Source of the DNA: Chitinophagaceae bacterium
GTDB taxonomy: Bacteria; Bacteroidota; Bacteroidia; Chitinophagales; Chitinophagaceae
Assembly: GCA_043752205.1 (NCBI GenBank)
Contig: JAYUYX010000141.1
Coordinates: 14,304-78,303 of the forward strand
Length of the DNA stretch: 64,000 bases
Direction of reading: 5' to 3'
A model generated the notes under the pieces. The model ran no database searches. It was not told the origin of the DNA and saw only the letters and a program-made list of their open reading frames with translations. A program made the translations under genes and the position numbers. Shown here in pieces: positions 9,396 through 18,726 of this stretch. Numbering within the stretch: position 1 is the stretch's first letter; each line of letters begins with the position of its first letter.

Positions 9396-10225
9396 TGCAG
9401 CAAACTTTCACATGTAAAAACTGCGGCAACAACTACACCGATAAATTTTGTAATCATTGCGGTGAAAAAAGGTATGAGGAAAAAGATAAATCTGTGCACT
9501 ATCTTTTATCAGACGGTCTGCATTTTATAACACATTTTGAAGGTACGTTTTTTAATACCATTAGTACGCTTTTTAAAAGGCCGGGCAAGTTCTCAGTTGA
9601 TTATTGCAATGGTATACGTAAAAAATATTTTAAACCCCTTTCGCTTTTTCTTTTACTGGTGATCCTTTACCTGCTGTTTCCCATTTTTGATGGCCTAAAT
9701 GTAAAACCTTATGAGCATGTCAGGCATTCTCTTTATGGAGATTATGCCAGACGGGAAGCTATAAAAGTTATTCAGCAAAATAATTGGACCGATGCACAAC
9801 TTGGCGAAGCTTTCCGTCACTCATCAGAAAAAATATCAAAATTTTTATTATTCCTGATTATACCTGTTATGGCATTATTTTCATGGCTCATTGGTTTTAA
9901 AAAAAGGAAATATTTCTATGATAATTTTGTTTTTAGCATTGAAGTAAATTCATTTTTTATCCTGTGGGCTTTTTTGATCTTTCCGCTATTACTCCGGAGC
10001 TTCATTTATTTTTTTCCGGTATTGGGGGAGACTGACGCACCCTATATACTTGTAATAAACCTTAGTTTTTTTCTTCTTTATCTGGTTAACGCATCAAAAA
10101 GATTCTTTGGGTTCAATTGGTGGTATAGCATACTATATTCTGTTGTTTACGCATTTTTTCTGGCCATGTTCATCCATTACGTTTATAAATTCATTTTATT
10201 CTTTATAACAATACGCATGATCTAA
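9395..10225 (+). CDS. DUF3667-like membrane protein with N-terminal zinc ribbon
   Basis: The N-terminus CKNCGNNYTDKFCNHCG is a CxxC..CxxC ribbon, followed by several TM helices. Its ATG overlaps the GH3 stop (TAATG). Confidence 0.6.
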   Translation: MQQTFTCKNCGNNYTDKFCNHCGEKRYEEKDKSVHYLLSDGLHFITHFEGTFFNTISTLFKRPGKFSVDYCNGIRKKYFKPLSLFLLLVILYLLFPIFDGLNVKPYEHVRHSLYGDYARREAIKVIQQNNWTDAQLGEAFRHSSEKISKFLLFLIIPVMALFSWLIGFKKRKYFYDNFVFSIEVNSFFILWAFLIFPLLLRSFIYFFPVLGETDAPYILVINLSFFLLYLVNASKRFFGFNWWYSILYSVVYAFFLAMFIHYVYKFILFFITIRMI

Positions 10226-10319
10226 AAAAAATTAATTTACCGGAAGGCCTGCTTGATTATGATTTATTTACTTTTGTTGATACCTTTAAGCTCTAGGGAG
10301 CAAACATAAAAATGTACTT

Positions 10320-11075
10320 ATGAAATTATTAGAGGGGAAAAATGCAATCATAACCGGTGCGGCCCGGGGCATTGGAGAAGCCATTGCCATAAAATTTGCT
10401 GAGCATGGATGTAATATTGCCTTTACTTATATAAGCGATAGCAGTGCTCAAAGAGCAAAGGACCTCGAAGAAAAATTAAGCACAATGGGCGTTAAGGCAA
10501 AAGCTTATCAAAGCAATGCAGGCGATTTTGCGGCATGTGAAATTTTGGTGAATGATGTAGTAAGAGAATTTGGAACAGTTGATATCTGCGTAAACAATGC
10601 AGGCATATCAAAAGATAATTTATTGCTTCGCATGACGGCAGAGCAATGGGATGATGTGATGCAGGTAAATCTTAAGAGTGTTTTCAACATGACCAAACAT
10701 GTAATCAGGCCAATGATGAAAGCCCGTAGTGGCAGCATCATTAATATGAGCAGTGTTATTGGTGAAATGGGCAATGCGGGGCAAAGCAGTTATGCTGCAA
10801 GCAAAGCGGGTATATTGGGCTTTACTAAAAGCATTGCAAAAGAACTTGGCAGCCGCAATATCCGTTGTAATGCGGTAGCGCCGGGTTTTGTAGAAACAGA
10901 TATGACAAGTTATTTAAAAGAGGGCGAGGGTGCCGATAAATATAAGGCAGATATTCCTTTAGGAAGATTTGCAACTACTGAAGACATTGCCAATGTTTGC
11001 TTGTTCTTAGCCTGCGATATGGGCAGTTATCTTACCGGCCAGGTTATAAGTGCATGTGGGGGATTGAATATTTAA
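10320..11075 (+). CDS. fabG: 3-oxoacyl-ACP reductase
   Basis: SDR motifs TGAARGIGEAIA, NNAG and YAASKAG; 251 aa. Confidence 0.9.
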   Translation: MKLLEGKNAIITGAARGIGEAIAIKFAEHGCNIAFTYISDSSAQRAKDLEEKLSTMGVKAKAYQSNAGDFAACEILVNDVVREFGTVDICVNNAGISKDNLLLRMTAEQWDDVMQVNLKSVFNMTKHVIRPMMKARSGSIINMSSVIGEMGNAGQSSYAASKAGILGFTKSIAKELGSRNIRCNAVAPGFVETDMTSYLKEGEGADKYKADIPLGRFATTEDIANVCLFLACDMGSYLTGQVISACGGLNI

Positions 11076-11169
11076 AATTATTCTTTATACCTAAAGGATT
11101 CAAATAAACTCATAATTCATCATCAAAGAAATAGCAATGAGATTTTCCAACTTACCCAGCGTGAAACTA

Positions 11170-11820
11170 TCATCTCTTAATACTTGAGAATACCAAATCT
11201 TCCAAAAACATAACAATCTTTGACTCATCCTTCTCTTTACCAAAATCAGTAAGCGAGGGGAGATTATTCATAAAAAAATTTTGAAAATGTGCCATTTCAA
11301 TAATAGTGCTCGACAATGATTTTGGGTATCTATATTGGGGATTGCATTCAAGAATAATATCTCCAATTTTAGCACAAAGGTCTTTATATGGTTTAAACAG
11401 TTGGTCTTTATTATCTTCGGATACATGCTTGGTTAAGTAAGCTTTGGTGCCTTCTGCAATAATTATATGATGGAGAATGTTTTCATTTACATGACTGGTT
11501 TTAACATCATCTTCTACTACGGTAGCCAGTAATTTAATTACTCTTTTGAGCTTTTCAGTAGGGTCTTTAATATTATTGGTGTTAACCGCAACCCTGTATT
11601 CGAGCCAACTCCAATACCAGGCTGCTATATATATCAGCAATCGGTGCTTATTTTCAAAATACCTGTAAATACCCGCCTCGGTGGTACCAATATCTTGTGC
11701 CAGCTTTTTAAAGGTGAACGATTCAAATCCATTTTTATAAATCAACTGTATGCTGTGTAGTATGATCTTCTTTCCCAATTCAGATTGTTCGGGGTTTCTG
11801 AGAAATAATTTTTCATTCAT
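11170..11820 (-). CDS. TetR/AcrR family transcriptional regulator
   Basis: HTH block FTFKKLAQDIGTTEAGIYRYFENKHRLL. I prefer the ATG at 11820 (MNEKLF...) over the track start at 11904, which adds a non-homologous extension. Confidence 0.8.
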   Translation of the reverse strand: MNEKLFLRNPEQSELGKKIILHSIQLIYKNGFESFTFKKLAQDIGTTEAGIYRYFENKHRLLIYIAAWYWSWLEYRVAVNTNNIKDPTEKLKRVIKLLATVVEDDVKTSHVNENILHHIIIAEGTKAYLTKHVSEDNKDQLFKPYKDLCAKIGDIILECNPQYRYPKSLSSTIIEMAHFQNFFMNNLPSLTDFGKEKDESKIVMFLEDLVFSSIKR

Positions 11821-11940
11821 TTTTATTTGTAACTGTACTTCCATGTATTCCGGTTTAATGTAAAATTGCCCAACTCCCACTAAAACAGCAGGTCTTAAAT
11901 CCAATTGTCAAAATTAAGTAAAAGTTTTACATTTTAATAA

Positions 11941-11980
11941 GATAGTATTACTATCATTTGAAATAAATATACTATCATTG
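11941..11980. promoter_or_regulatory. candidate TetR operator array in the tetR/sulP divergent region
   Basis: Perfect 7-1-7 palindrome GATAGTA-T-TACTATC (11941-11955). The 10-mer TACTATCATT repeats at 11949 and 11970, a 21-bp phasing. Confidence 0.45.
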
Positions 11981-12007
11981 CATTACTAATAGCTAAAACC
12001 CGTAATT

Positions 12008-13567
12008 ATGAGTGTAAAAAATATGTTTAAAGAACTGAAAAGTGATTTGCCGGCGAGTATTGTCGTTTTTTTTGTGGCGGTTCCCTTGTGTCTTGGTATC
12101 GCCCTGGCATCAGGAGCTCCTCTGTTTGCCGGTATTATTGCCGGAATAGTTGGCGGTATTGTAGTGGGTATTGCCAGCGGTTCCCCTCTAGGAGTTAGTG
12201 GTCCGGCGGCCGGTTTAGCTGTAATTGTATTAACCTCTATTGCATCTCTTGGAGGATCGTGGGAATCTTTTCTGCTTGCTGTTGTTATAGCAGGTATAAT
12301 TCAGTTGTCTTTGGGTTTTGCCAAAGCTGGTTTTATTGCCTATTTCTTTCCTTCCTCAGTTATCAAAGGAATGCTTACGGGTATAGGGCTGCTGATTATT
12401 TTAAAACAGATACCTCATGCTTTAGGCTGGGATAAAGATGCTGTTGGAGATGATGCTTTCATACAGGCAGATGGCCAAAATACATTTTCTGAAATCTTCA
12501 GAGCATTTGAATTTATAACCCCCGGCGCAGTACTTATTGCCGCCATTTCATTAGCCATTCTTATATTTTGGGATAAGGTTTTAACAAAAAAGCACAAAAT
12601 TTTCGGAATGCTAAACGGGCCACTTGTAGTTGTCGTTTTAGGAATTGTAATGTTTAATTTATATAAAAACGGAACACTGAATTTTAGTTTAGCCGATGAC
12701 CAGGTTGTAAGAATTCCTGTTCCTGAAAATATAGCGGGTTTTTTTAGTCAGTTTACTTTTCCTGATTTTTCTGCAATCACAAATTTTGAAGTTTGGAAAA
12801 TTGCAATCGTTTTGGCAATTGTAGCTAGTTTAGAAACATTATTGTGTGTGGAAGCCACCGATAAAATGGATCCTTATAAAAGAATTACACCTACCAATAG
12901 AGAACTTAAAGCACAAGGTTTAGGTAATGTCCTTTCTGGTTTAATTGGTGGGTTGCCGGTTACGCAAGTTATTGTTCGCAGTACAGCTAATATAACATTT
13001 GGTGGAAAAACAAAAATGTCTGCCATTCTGCACGGCTTTTTCCTTTTATTAAGTGCCCTTACCATTGCAAGCCTTTTAAACATGATACCATTGGCAAGTT
13101 TAGCCGCTATTTTATTTATCGTAGGCTACAAATTAGCCAAACCTGCTCTTTTTATAAACATGTACAAACTAGGATGGGAGCAGTTTATTCCTTTTACAGC
13201 AACGGTTGTCGGCATATTGTTAACCGATCTTTTAATAGGTATTACAATAGGTATCTGTTTTGGAATTTTTTACACGTTACGTCATAGTTACCGCAACTCC
13301 CACCACATGAAAAATGTAATTACCTCAGGAGATGGGCATGAAATACACCATATAGAGCTGGCTCAGGAAGTTTCATTTTTTAATAAAGCGAGTGTGCTGC
13401 GGGCTTTAGAAGCAATTCCAGAAAATTCGAAAGTGTTTATTGATTTTTCCAAGTCAAAATCAATTGCCCATGATGTACTTGAATTATTAAAAGATTTTGA
13501 GACTAATGTCAAAACCAAGAACATCACCGTTGAGAAAATAAAATTTATTGAGCCGGCTTATTTATAA
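12008..13567 (+). CDS. SulP family inorganic anion (bicarbonate/sulfate) transporter with C-terminal STAS domain
   Basis: 519 aa, polytopic. Conserved SulP blocks LPLCLGIALASGAP, GVSGPAAGLA and NRELKAQGLGN are present, plus a C-terminal STAS-like domain. Confidence 0.9.
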   Translation: MSVKNMFKELKSDLPASIVVFFVAVPLCLGIALASGAPLFAGIIAGIVGGIVVGIASGSPLGVSGPAAGLAVIVLTSIASLGGSWESFLLAVVIAGIIQLSLGFAKAGFIAYFFPSSVIKGMLTGIGLLIILKQIPHALGWDKDAVGDDAFIQADGQNTFSEIFRAFEFITPGAVLIAAISLAILIFWDKVLTKKHKIFGMLNGPLVVVVLGIVMFNLYKNGTLNFSLADDQVVRIPVPENIAGFFSQFTFPDFSAITNFEVWKIAIVLAIVASLETLLCVEATDKMDPYKRITPTNRELKAQGLGNVLSGLIGGLPVTQVIVRSTANITFGGKTKMSAILHGFFLLLSALTIASLLNMIPLASLAAILFIVGYKLAKPALFINMYKLGWEQFIPFTATVVGILLTDLLIGITIGICFGIFYTLRHSYRNSHHMKNVITSGDGHEIHHIELAQEVSFFNKASVLRALEAIPENSKVFIDFSKSKSIAHDVLELLKDFETNVKTKNITVEKIKFIEPAYL

Positions 13568-13588
13568 TCAATTTAAAACTAAAATTAG

Positions 13589-14239
13589 ATGAAAACATTA
13601 ACTAAAGAAATGCAAAATGCCATCACCCCTGCAATGGCAATGGATATTTTAAAGAAAGGGAATGAAAGGTTTATGAATAACCTTAAAGCAAATCGTAACC
13701 TGTTGCAACAGGCAAACGAAACATCAGACGGGCAACATCCGTTTGCTGTTATTTTAAGTTGTATTGATTCCCGTACTTCGGCAGAGTTGATTTTTGACCA
13801 GGGATTGGGCGATGTGTTTAGTGTTCGTATTGCCGGCAATATCATCAATGAAGATATTTTGGGCAGCATGGAATTTGGCTGCAAAGTTGCCGGTGCAAAA
13901 ATTATAGTAGTGTTGGGACACACCAAATGCGGCGCAGTGAGAGGGGCATGCGACCATGTAGAAATGGGCAACCTCACAGCATTATTAAGCAAGATACAGC
14001 CTGCAGTTTATGATGAAAATACTATAAAAGAGAATCGCAATTCAGAGAACAGTGAATTTGTAGAAAAAGTAGCGATCATCAATGTAAAAAGAACGGTACA
14101 TGCCATTATGGAACGCAGCACCATTTTAAAGGAAATGATACAATCGGGTGCCATTGGTATTGTGGGAGGTACACATGATATTACAACAGGTGAGGTAAAT
14201 TTTCATGATGATACTTTAATTATTAACGATCCTAAGTAA
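13589..14239 (+). CDS. beta-class carbonic anhydrase
   Basis: Zinc-ligand motifs SCIDSR and GHTKCGAV; 216 aa. It starts 21 nt after sulP. Confidence 0.9.
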   Translation: MKTLTKEMQNAITPAMAMDILKKGNERFMNNLKANRNLLQQANETSDGQHPFAVILSCIDSRTSAELIFDQGLGDVFSVRIAGNIINEDILGSMEFGCKVAGAKIIVVLGHTKCGAVRGACDHVEMGNLTALLSKIQPAVYDENTIKENRNSENSEFVEKVAIINVKRTVHAIMERSTILKEMIQSGAIGIVGGTHDITTGEVNFHDDTLIINDPK

Positions 14240-14245
14240 AACCAC

Positions 14246-14283
14246 TTCAGGCAGATGTAAAAATCTGCCTGAATATTTTTTTC
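14246..14283 (+). terminator. rho-independent terminator
   Basis: Perfect 11-bp stem TTCAGGCAGAT/ATCTGCCTGAA with loop GTAAAA, followed by TATTTTTTT. Confidence 0.8.
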
Positions 14284-14414
14284 AATCGCCATGTTGTATT
14301 ACAAATCCCTTATCCTCTTCATAAAACCCATATGAAACAATACATACTATGATTGTCATCAGTAAATAGAACACAAAAAACAATTTAATTGTACTTTAAT
14401 TAATACGATTTAAC

Positions 14415-15257
14415 ATGAAAAAAATAATTGTACCCACGGACTTCTCGCTTAACGCTGACAAAGCACTCCATTTTGCCGTTCAAATTGCCAAACAGGCAAA
14501 GGCAGAAATAATTTTAGTACATGCATGTGATCTGATTGACAGTCCTTTTAAAGACAATCAGACTTTATATAAAGAGCATAACCAGACAATAACTGACAAG
14601 TCAAATAAGAACCTGTCATTATTAAAACGGGGTATTGAGGCCACTGAAAAGCTTTCTATAAATATAAAGCTGTATAAAGGCACGGTAACTGATACAATTC
14701 TACAGGCTTCTGAAGAGCATCTTGCCAACCTTGTTATAATGGGTACATTGGGCAAGGCAGGACTACATGAAAAAATATTTGGCAGCAAAACTGCACAAAT
14801 AATTGGGGAAACGAATGTACCACTAATTGCTGTTCCACTTTTGTACGAGTGGAAGGTTCCCGAAAAAATTCTGCTGGTAATAAATTATTTTGACGAGCAA
14901 TCCGATAATATTAACCCCGTCTTTGAACTGGCAGGATTGTATAATGCCACAGTACATATTGCCATATTTACTGACGTAGATTCGGCCCAAGCTTTTGACT
15001 ATCTAAAGGATAAAAGAAGCATTACTGCTTATGAAGAAAAACTCAAAACCCGGTATAAACATGTCAGTATAAAGTCTGTTCATTTAGACGGCAGCAGGTT
15101 TCAGGAAACTATTGAAGAATACATACATGAACAATCTATTGATATGGTGGCAATGATAAACCACAAACGAACATTCCTGGAAAGCATTTTTAATGGCAGT
15201 ATGACAAAGAAAATGTCATACCATACACGAATACCATTGTTAACCATTCCTGCATAA
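14415..15257 (+). CDS. universal stress protein (tandem Usp domains)
   Basis: 280 aa. The N-terminus KKIIVPTDFS is typical, as is the second-domain ending with a G-x2-G-x9-G-like block and C-terminal PLLTIP. Confidence 0.8.
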   Translation: MKKIIVPTDFSLNADKALHFAVQIAKQAKAEIILVHACDLIDSPFKDNQTLYKEHNQTITDKSNKNLSLLKRGIEATEKLSINIKLYKGTVTDTILQASEEHLANLVIMGTLGKAGLHEKIFGSKTAQIIGETNVPLIAVPLLYEWKVPEKILLVINYFDEQSDNINPVFELAGLYNATVHIAIFTDVDSAQAFDYLKDKRSITAYEEKLKTRYKHVSIKSVHLDGSRFQETIEEYIHEQSIDMVAMINHKRTFLESIFNGSMTKKMSYHTRIPLLTIPA

Positions 15258-15288
15258 AGGATAAAATGATTATAAAAAAACAGATAAA

Positions 15289-15618
15289 ATGAAAATAGAT
15301 ATTCAATCTCCCGGCTTTACAGTTAACCAGGCACTTACTAGCTTTATAAAGGAAAAAGTGGAAAAGCTATCCCGGTACTACGGCGAAATTATTTCATGTG
15401 AAGTAGCACTCAGGCTTGATAATTCAGACACGAAAGAAAATAAACTATGTGAAATCAGGTTGGCTATACCAGGGAACGACCTATTAGCAAGTTCACAATG
15501 CAAAACTTTTGAAGAAGCTGTCTCAACTGTAGTTGAAATAATAAAGGGGCAAATAAAAAGAAAGAAAACAAAAATTATAGGTACGAGAAATGATATTGTA
15601 CCACAACCTATAATATGA
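15289..15618 (+). CDS. hpf: ribosome hibernation promoting factor / RaiA family (short form)
   Basis: 109 aa. The N-terminus MKIDIQSPGFTVNQALTSFIKEKVEKL and its size match the sigma-54 modulation / HPF family. Confidence 0.8.
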   Translation: MKIDIQSPGFTVNQALTSFIKEKVEKLSRYYGEIISCEVALRLDNSDTKENKLCEIRLAIPGNDLLASSQCKTFEEAVSTVVEIIKGQIKRKKTKIIGTRNDIVPQPII

Positions 15619-15733
15619 AATGAGCCGGACTATCGATTACCGGCCGAGCCAATTTAAATCAGGGGTTTCCCGAAATCAATTTTCATTGTTTCTGAGCTGG
15701 TTTACAATGTGTTCAACTAATTAATAAAAATGT

Positions 15734-17410
15734 ATGTCAGCAACAAGTCCGGTTAACAGGATACTGAACCTTTTAAAACTGGAAAAAAAAGAGATCACCG
15801 CGGTTTATTTTTACGCCATTTTAAACGGCCTTATACAACTTTCATTACCCTTGGGGGTGCAGGCTATTGTTAGTTTTGTACTGGGTGCTTCAATGAGAGC
15901 TTCGTTGATAGTATTGATCATACTAGTAGTACTGGGCGTACTTGTTACCGGTATTATGCAGGTAAATCAGGTAAAAGTTATTGAAAAAATTCAACAGAAA
16001 ATATTTGTACGTTACGCTTTTATTTTTGCTAACCACATTCCCAAATTAGACCTCAAAAAATCAGACAATGCCTATCTCCCTGAACTTGTCAACCAGTTTT
16101 TTGATGTGCCCATACTGCAAAAAAACTTATCAAAAATATTATTAGATATACCTATTGCCAGTATCAATATATTATTCGGATTGATATTACTATCATTTTA
16201 TCACCCGGCATTTATACTTTTTGGCTTAATTCTAATTATTCTGTTATCATTAATACTTCGATACACCGGCCACAGAGGCCTTCAAACCAGTATAGATGAA
16301 AGCACCTATAAATATAAAGTGGCCGGTTGGTTAGGAGAAACAGCAAGGGTTATCAAATCCATCAAATTTGCAAAAAGGAATACCCTGCACCTGCAAAAGA
16401 CTGATGAGTATGTAACCGGCTATCTGAATGCCCGCAATAAGCATTTCCGGATACTGTTGTTCCAATACAATGTGCTGGTATTGTTTAAAACTGTTATCAC
16501 CGCTGCTATGCTCATTGTTGGCACAATATTATTAGTAAATCAGCAATTGAATATCGGCCAGTTTATTGCAGCAGAAATCATCATACTCCTTATACTTAAT
16601 GCTGTAGAAAAGCTGATAACTAATTTAAGCAGCGTATATGATACATTAACATCCATAGAGAAAATATCCGGCTTTACTGAAAAGCCGGTGGAAGAAAATG
16701 GTTCTGTTCAATTACCGGATATCAGTAATGGATTAAAAATAGAAATGAGAAATTTGAGTTTCGGTTATAATAATGAAACAGATGTATTAAATAGTATTTC
16801 GCTACAAATAAACCCGGGAGATAAAATTTGTGTAATGGGCAAAGATAGTTCAGGAAAATCTACCCTGCTCCGTTTAATGACAGGAGCATATACTGATTTT
16901 AAAGGCACACTTTTGATGGATGATATTCCAGTTGGCAATTATGATTTGGCATCACTTCGTTCGCAGATAGGTGTGTTGATAAATCAGCAGGAGATTTTTA
17001 AAGGCACGGTATGGGAAAACATTTCTTTGGGCAATAATAATATTTCCATACAATCAGCAATTGACATAGCTGCAAAAGTTGGGCTGAATGATTTTATTGA
17101 TACACAGAAAAATGGGTATGATACTATGCTTGACCCAACCGGTAAGCGGCTGCCCCGGAATGTAATCCATAAAATTTTATTAGTACGGGCAATCATCGGC
17201 AAGCCCCGCTTATTACTGTTGGAAGATCCGTGGATGAATGTCCAAAACGGTCACCGCCAGCAAATTATTGAGTTGTTAAATCAAATTAAGAATACCACAG
17301 TGGTTGTTGTCAGCAATGATGAAGACTTTGCAAAACAATGTGATAAGATCATCTTCATTGACGAAGGCATTGCCAGCATAAAAGAAAATGGTAAATCACA
17401 AAACAAGTAA
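15734..17410 (+). CDS. ABC exporter (fused TMD-NBD, no C39 peptidase domain) with a degenerate NBD
   Basis: Six-TM ABC_membrane-like N-half. Walker A GKDSSGKST is intact. The signature is RLPRNV instead of LSGGQ, Walker B is LLLLED instead of hhhhDE, and the H-loop position reads VVSNDE. Confidence 0.8.
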   Translation: MSATSPVNRILNLLKLEKKEITAVYFYAILNGLIQLSLPLGVQAIVSFVLGASMRASLIVLIILVVLGVLVTGIMQVNQVKVIEKIQQKIFVRYAFIFANHIPKLDLKKSDNAYLPELVNQFFDVPILQKNLSKILLDIPIASINILFGLILLSFYHPAFILFGLILIILLSLILRYTGHRGLQTSIDESTYKYKVAGWLGETARVIKSIKFAKRNTLHLQKTDEYVTGYLNARNKHFRILLFQYNVLVLFKTVITAAMLIVGTILLVNQQLNIGQFIAAEIIILLILNAVEKLITNLSSVYDTLTSIEKISGFTEKPVEENGSVQLPDISNGLKIEMRNLSFGYNNETDVLNSISLQINPGDKICVMGKDSSGKSTLLRLMTGAYTDFKGTLLMDDIPVGNYDLASLRSQIGVLINQQEIFKGTVWENISLGNNNISIQSAIDIAAKVGLNDFIDTQKNGYDTMLDPTGKRLPRNVIHKILLVRAIIGKPRLLLLEDPWMNVQNGHRQQIIELLNQIKNTTVVVVSNDEDFAKQCDKIIFIDEGIASIKENGKSQNK

Positions 17411-17412
17411 CC

Positions 17413-18726
17413 ATGAACAATCATCATATCAACTCCTATTCGCATATTTACCTTTATAATAAAAACAGCAAAGTAAAACTGTGGTTTTATTTCTGTGTAT
17501 TGATATTTATCATTTTTTTATTCTTGCCCTGGACACAAAATATCAGGTCAAAAGGTTCTGTAACTACACTATTCCAGGATCAACGGCCACAACAGGTAAA
17601 TACGATTATCGGCGGTAGGGTAATAAAATGGTACATTAAAGAAGGGGATTATGTAAAAGCAGGTGATACATTGGTACAATTAACGGAAGTAAAAGTAGAT
17701 TACCTCGACCCGAATTTAGTACAGCGTACACAGGAACAACTGGCGGGCAAACAATTATCCGTAGACTATTATAAGAAAAAAGTAGGTGTAACCCAACAAC
17801 AAATTGGCGCTATTAACACAGGACTTGAGTTAAAACTGAACCAGTTATCAAACAAGTTGAACCAGTTAAAGTTAAAGGTAGAGGCCGACAGCGCCGAAGC
17901 AGCAGCAGCCAATAATGACTTTATAATCGGCATCAAACAATTTAACCGGCAAAAAGCTATGTATGACAGCGGTCTTGTTTCGTTAACTCAATTAGAAATA
18001 AGAAACCAACAATATCAGAACGCAACAGCGAAAAACATCAGCGCTGTAAATAAATTAGCCAACAGTAAACAGGACTTAACGATAACAAAAATTGAAATGA
18101 GTGCTTTGCAGCAGGAAAACCTTGAAAAAGTAGCCAAAGCTCAGGGAGAACAATTTCAATCTCTTACTCAAATAGCAAGTGGCCAGGCGGATGTTGCGAA
18201 GTTAGAAAACCAATATGCCAATTATATTATCCGCAACGGTATGTATTATTTACTTGCATCGCAAAGCGGACAAATTGTGAAGGCTCAAAAAGCAGGCATT
18301 GGTGAGTTTGTAAAAGAAGGTGATATGATTGCCGAAATAGTGCCTGATAAAATTCAGTATGCCGTGGAAATGTATGTGCAGCCGGTTGACCTGCCTTTGA
18401 TCGCAGCAGGCCAAAAAGTGCGTTTCCTTTTCGATGGATTTCCCGCAATCGTATTTAGCGGATGGCCAAAAGCATCTTCGGGCACATTTGGTGGTGAGAT
18501 TGTAGCTGTGGAAAGCAATGTAAGTGTGAACGGGAAATTCAGGGTGCTGGTAAAAGAGGATGTGGCTGACAAACCATGGCCAAAAGAATTAAAAATAGGG
18601 GCTGGCGCAAATGGCATTACTTTATTAAAAGATGTGATGGTGTGGTATGAGATATGGCGCAATATCAATGGCTTTCCGCCAGATTATTACAAAAAAGAAG
18701 AACTGAAACAAAAAGAAAAAAAATGA
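17413..18726 (+). CDS. HlyD-family membrane fusion protein
   Basis: Single N-terminal TM, lipoyl-like block GDYVKAGDTLVQL, long coiled-coil and a beta-barrel C-terminus. It starts 2 nt after the ABC stop. Confidence 0.85.
   Translation: MNNHHINSYSHIYLYNKNSKVKLWFYFCVLIFIIFLFLPWTQNIRSKGSVTTLFQDQRPQQVNTIIGGRVIKWYIKEGDYVKAGDTLVQLTEVKVDYLDPNLVQRTQEQLAGKQLSVDYYKKKVGVTQQQIGAINTGLELKLNQLSNKLNQLKLKVEADSAEAAAANNDFIIGIKQFNRQKAMYDSGLVSLTQLEIRNQQYQNATAKNISAVNKLANSKQDLTITKIEMSALQQENLEKVAKAQGEQFQSLTQIASGQADVAKLENQYANYIIRNGMYYLLASQSGQIVKAQKAGIGEFVKEGDMIAEIVPDKIQYAVEMYVQPVDLPLIAAGQKVRFLFDGFPAIVFSGWPKASSGTFGGEIVAVESNVSVNGKFRVLVKEDVADKPWPKELKIGAGANGITLLKDVMVWYEIWRNINGFPPDYYKKEELKQKEKK

Noticed and set aside
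13585-13992. Long antisense ORFs opposite both carbonic anhydrase paralogues: 13585-13992 (135 aa) and 26931-27326 (131 aa). Their translations resemble each other.
   Set aside because: Both lie entirely within strongly supported beta-CA genes. Their similarity simply mirrors the conserved sense sequence. An open antisense frame is expected from the codon pattern, and there are no independent start context, signal or domain features.
18654-18722. N-terminal extensions given by the ORF track for tolC (18654), the Zn-ribbon (20108), paaZ (32584), adk (33774), the aminotransferase (38343), thiL (44169), DUF2480 (51350), dabA (26631) and suhB (43285).
   Set aside because: The extensions overlap upstream genes or terminator hairpins, or begin at TTG. 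They precede an internal ATG where family-typical N-termini or signal peptides begin, so the shorter starts were adopted.
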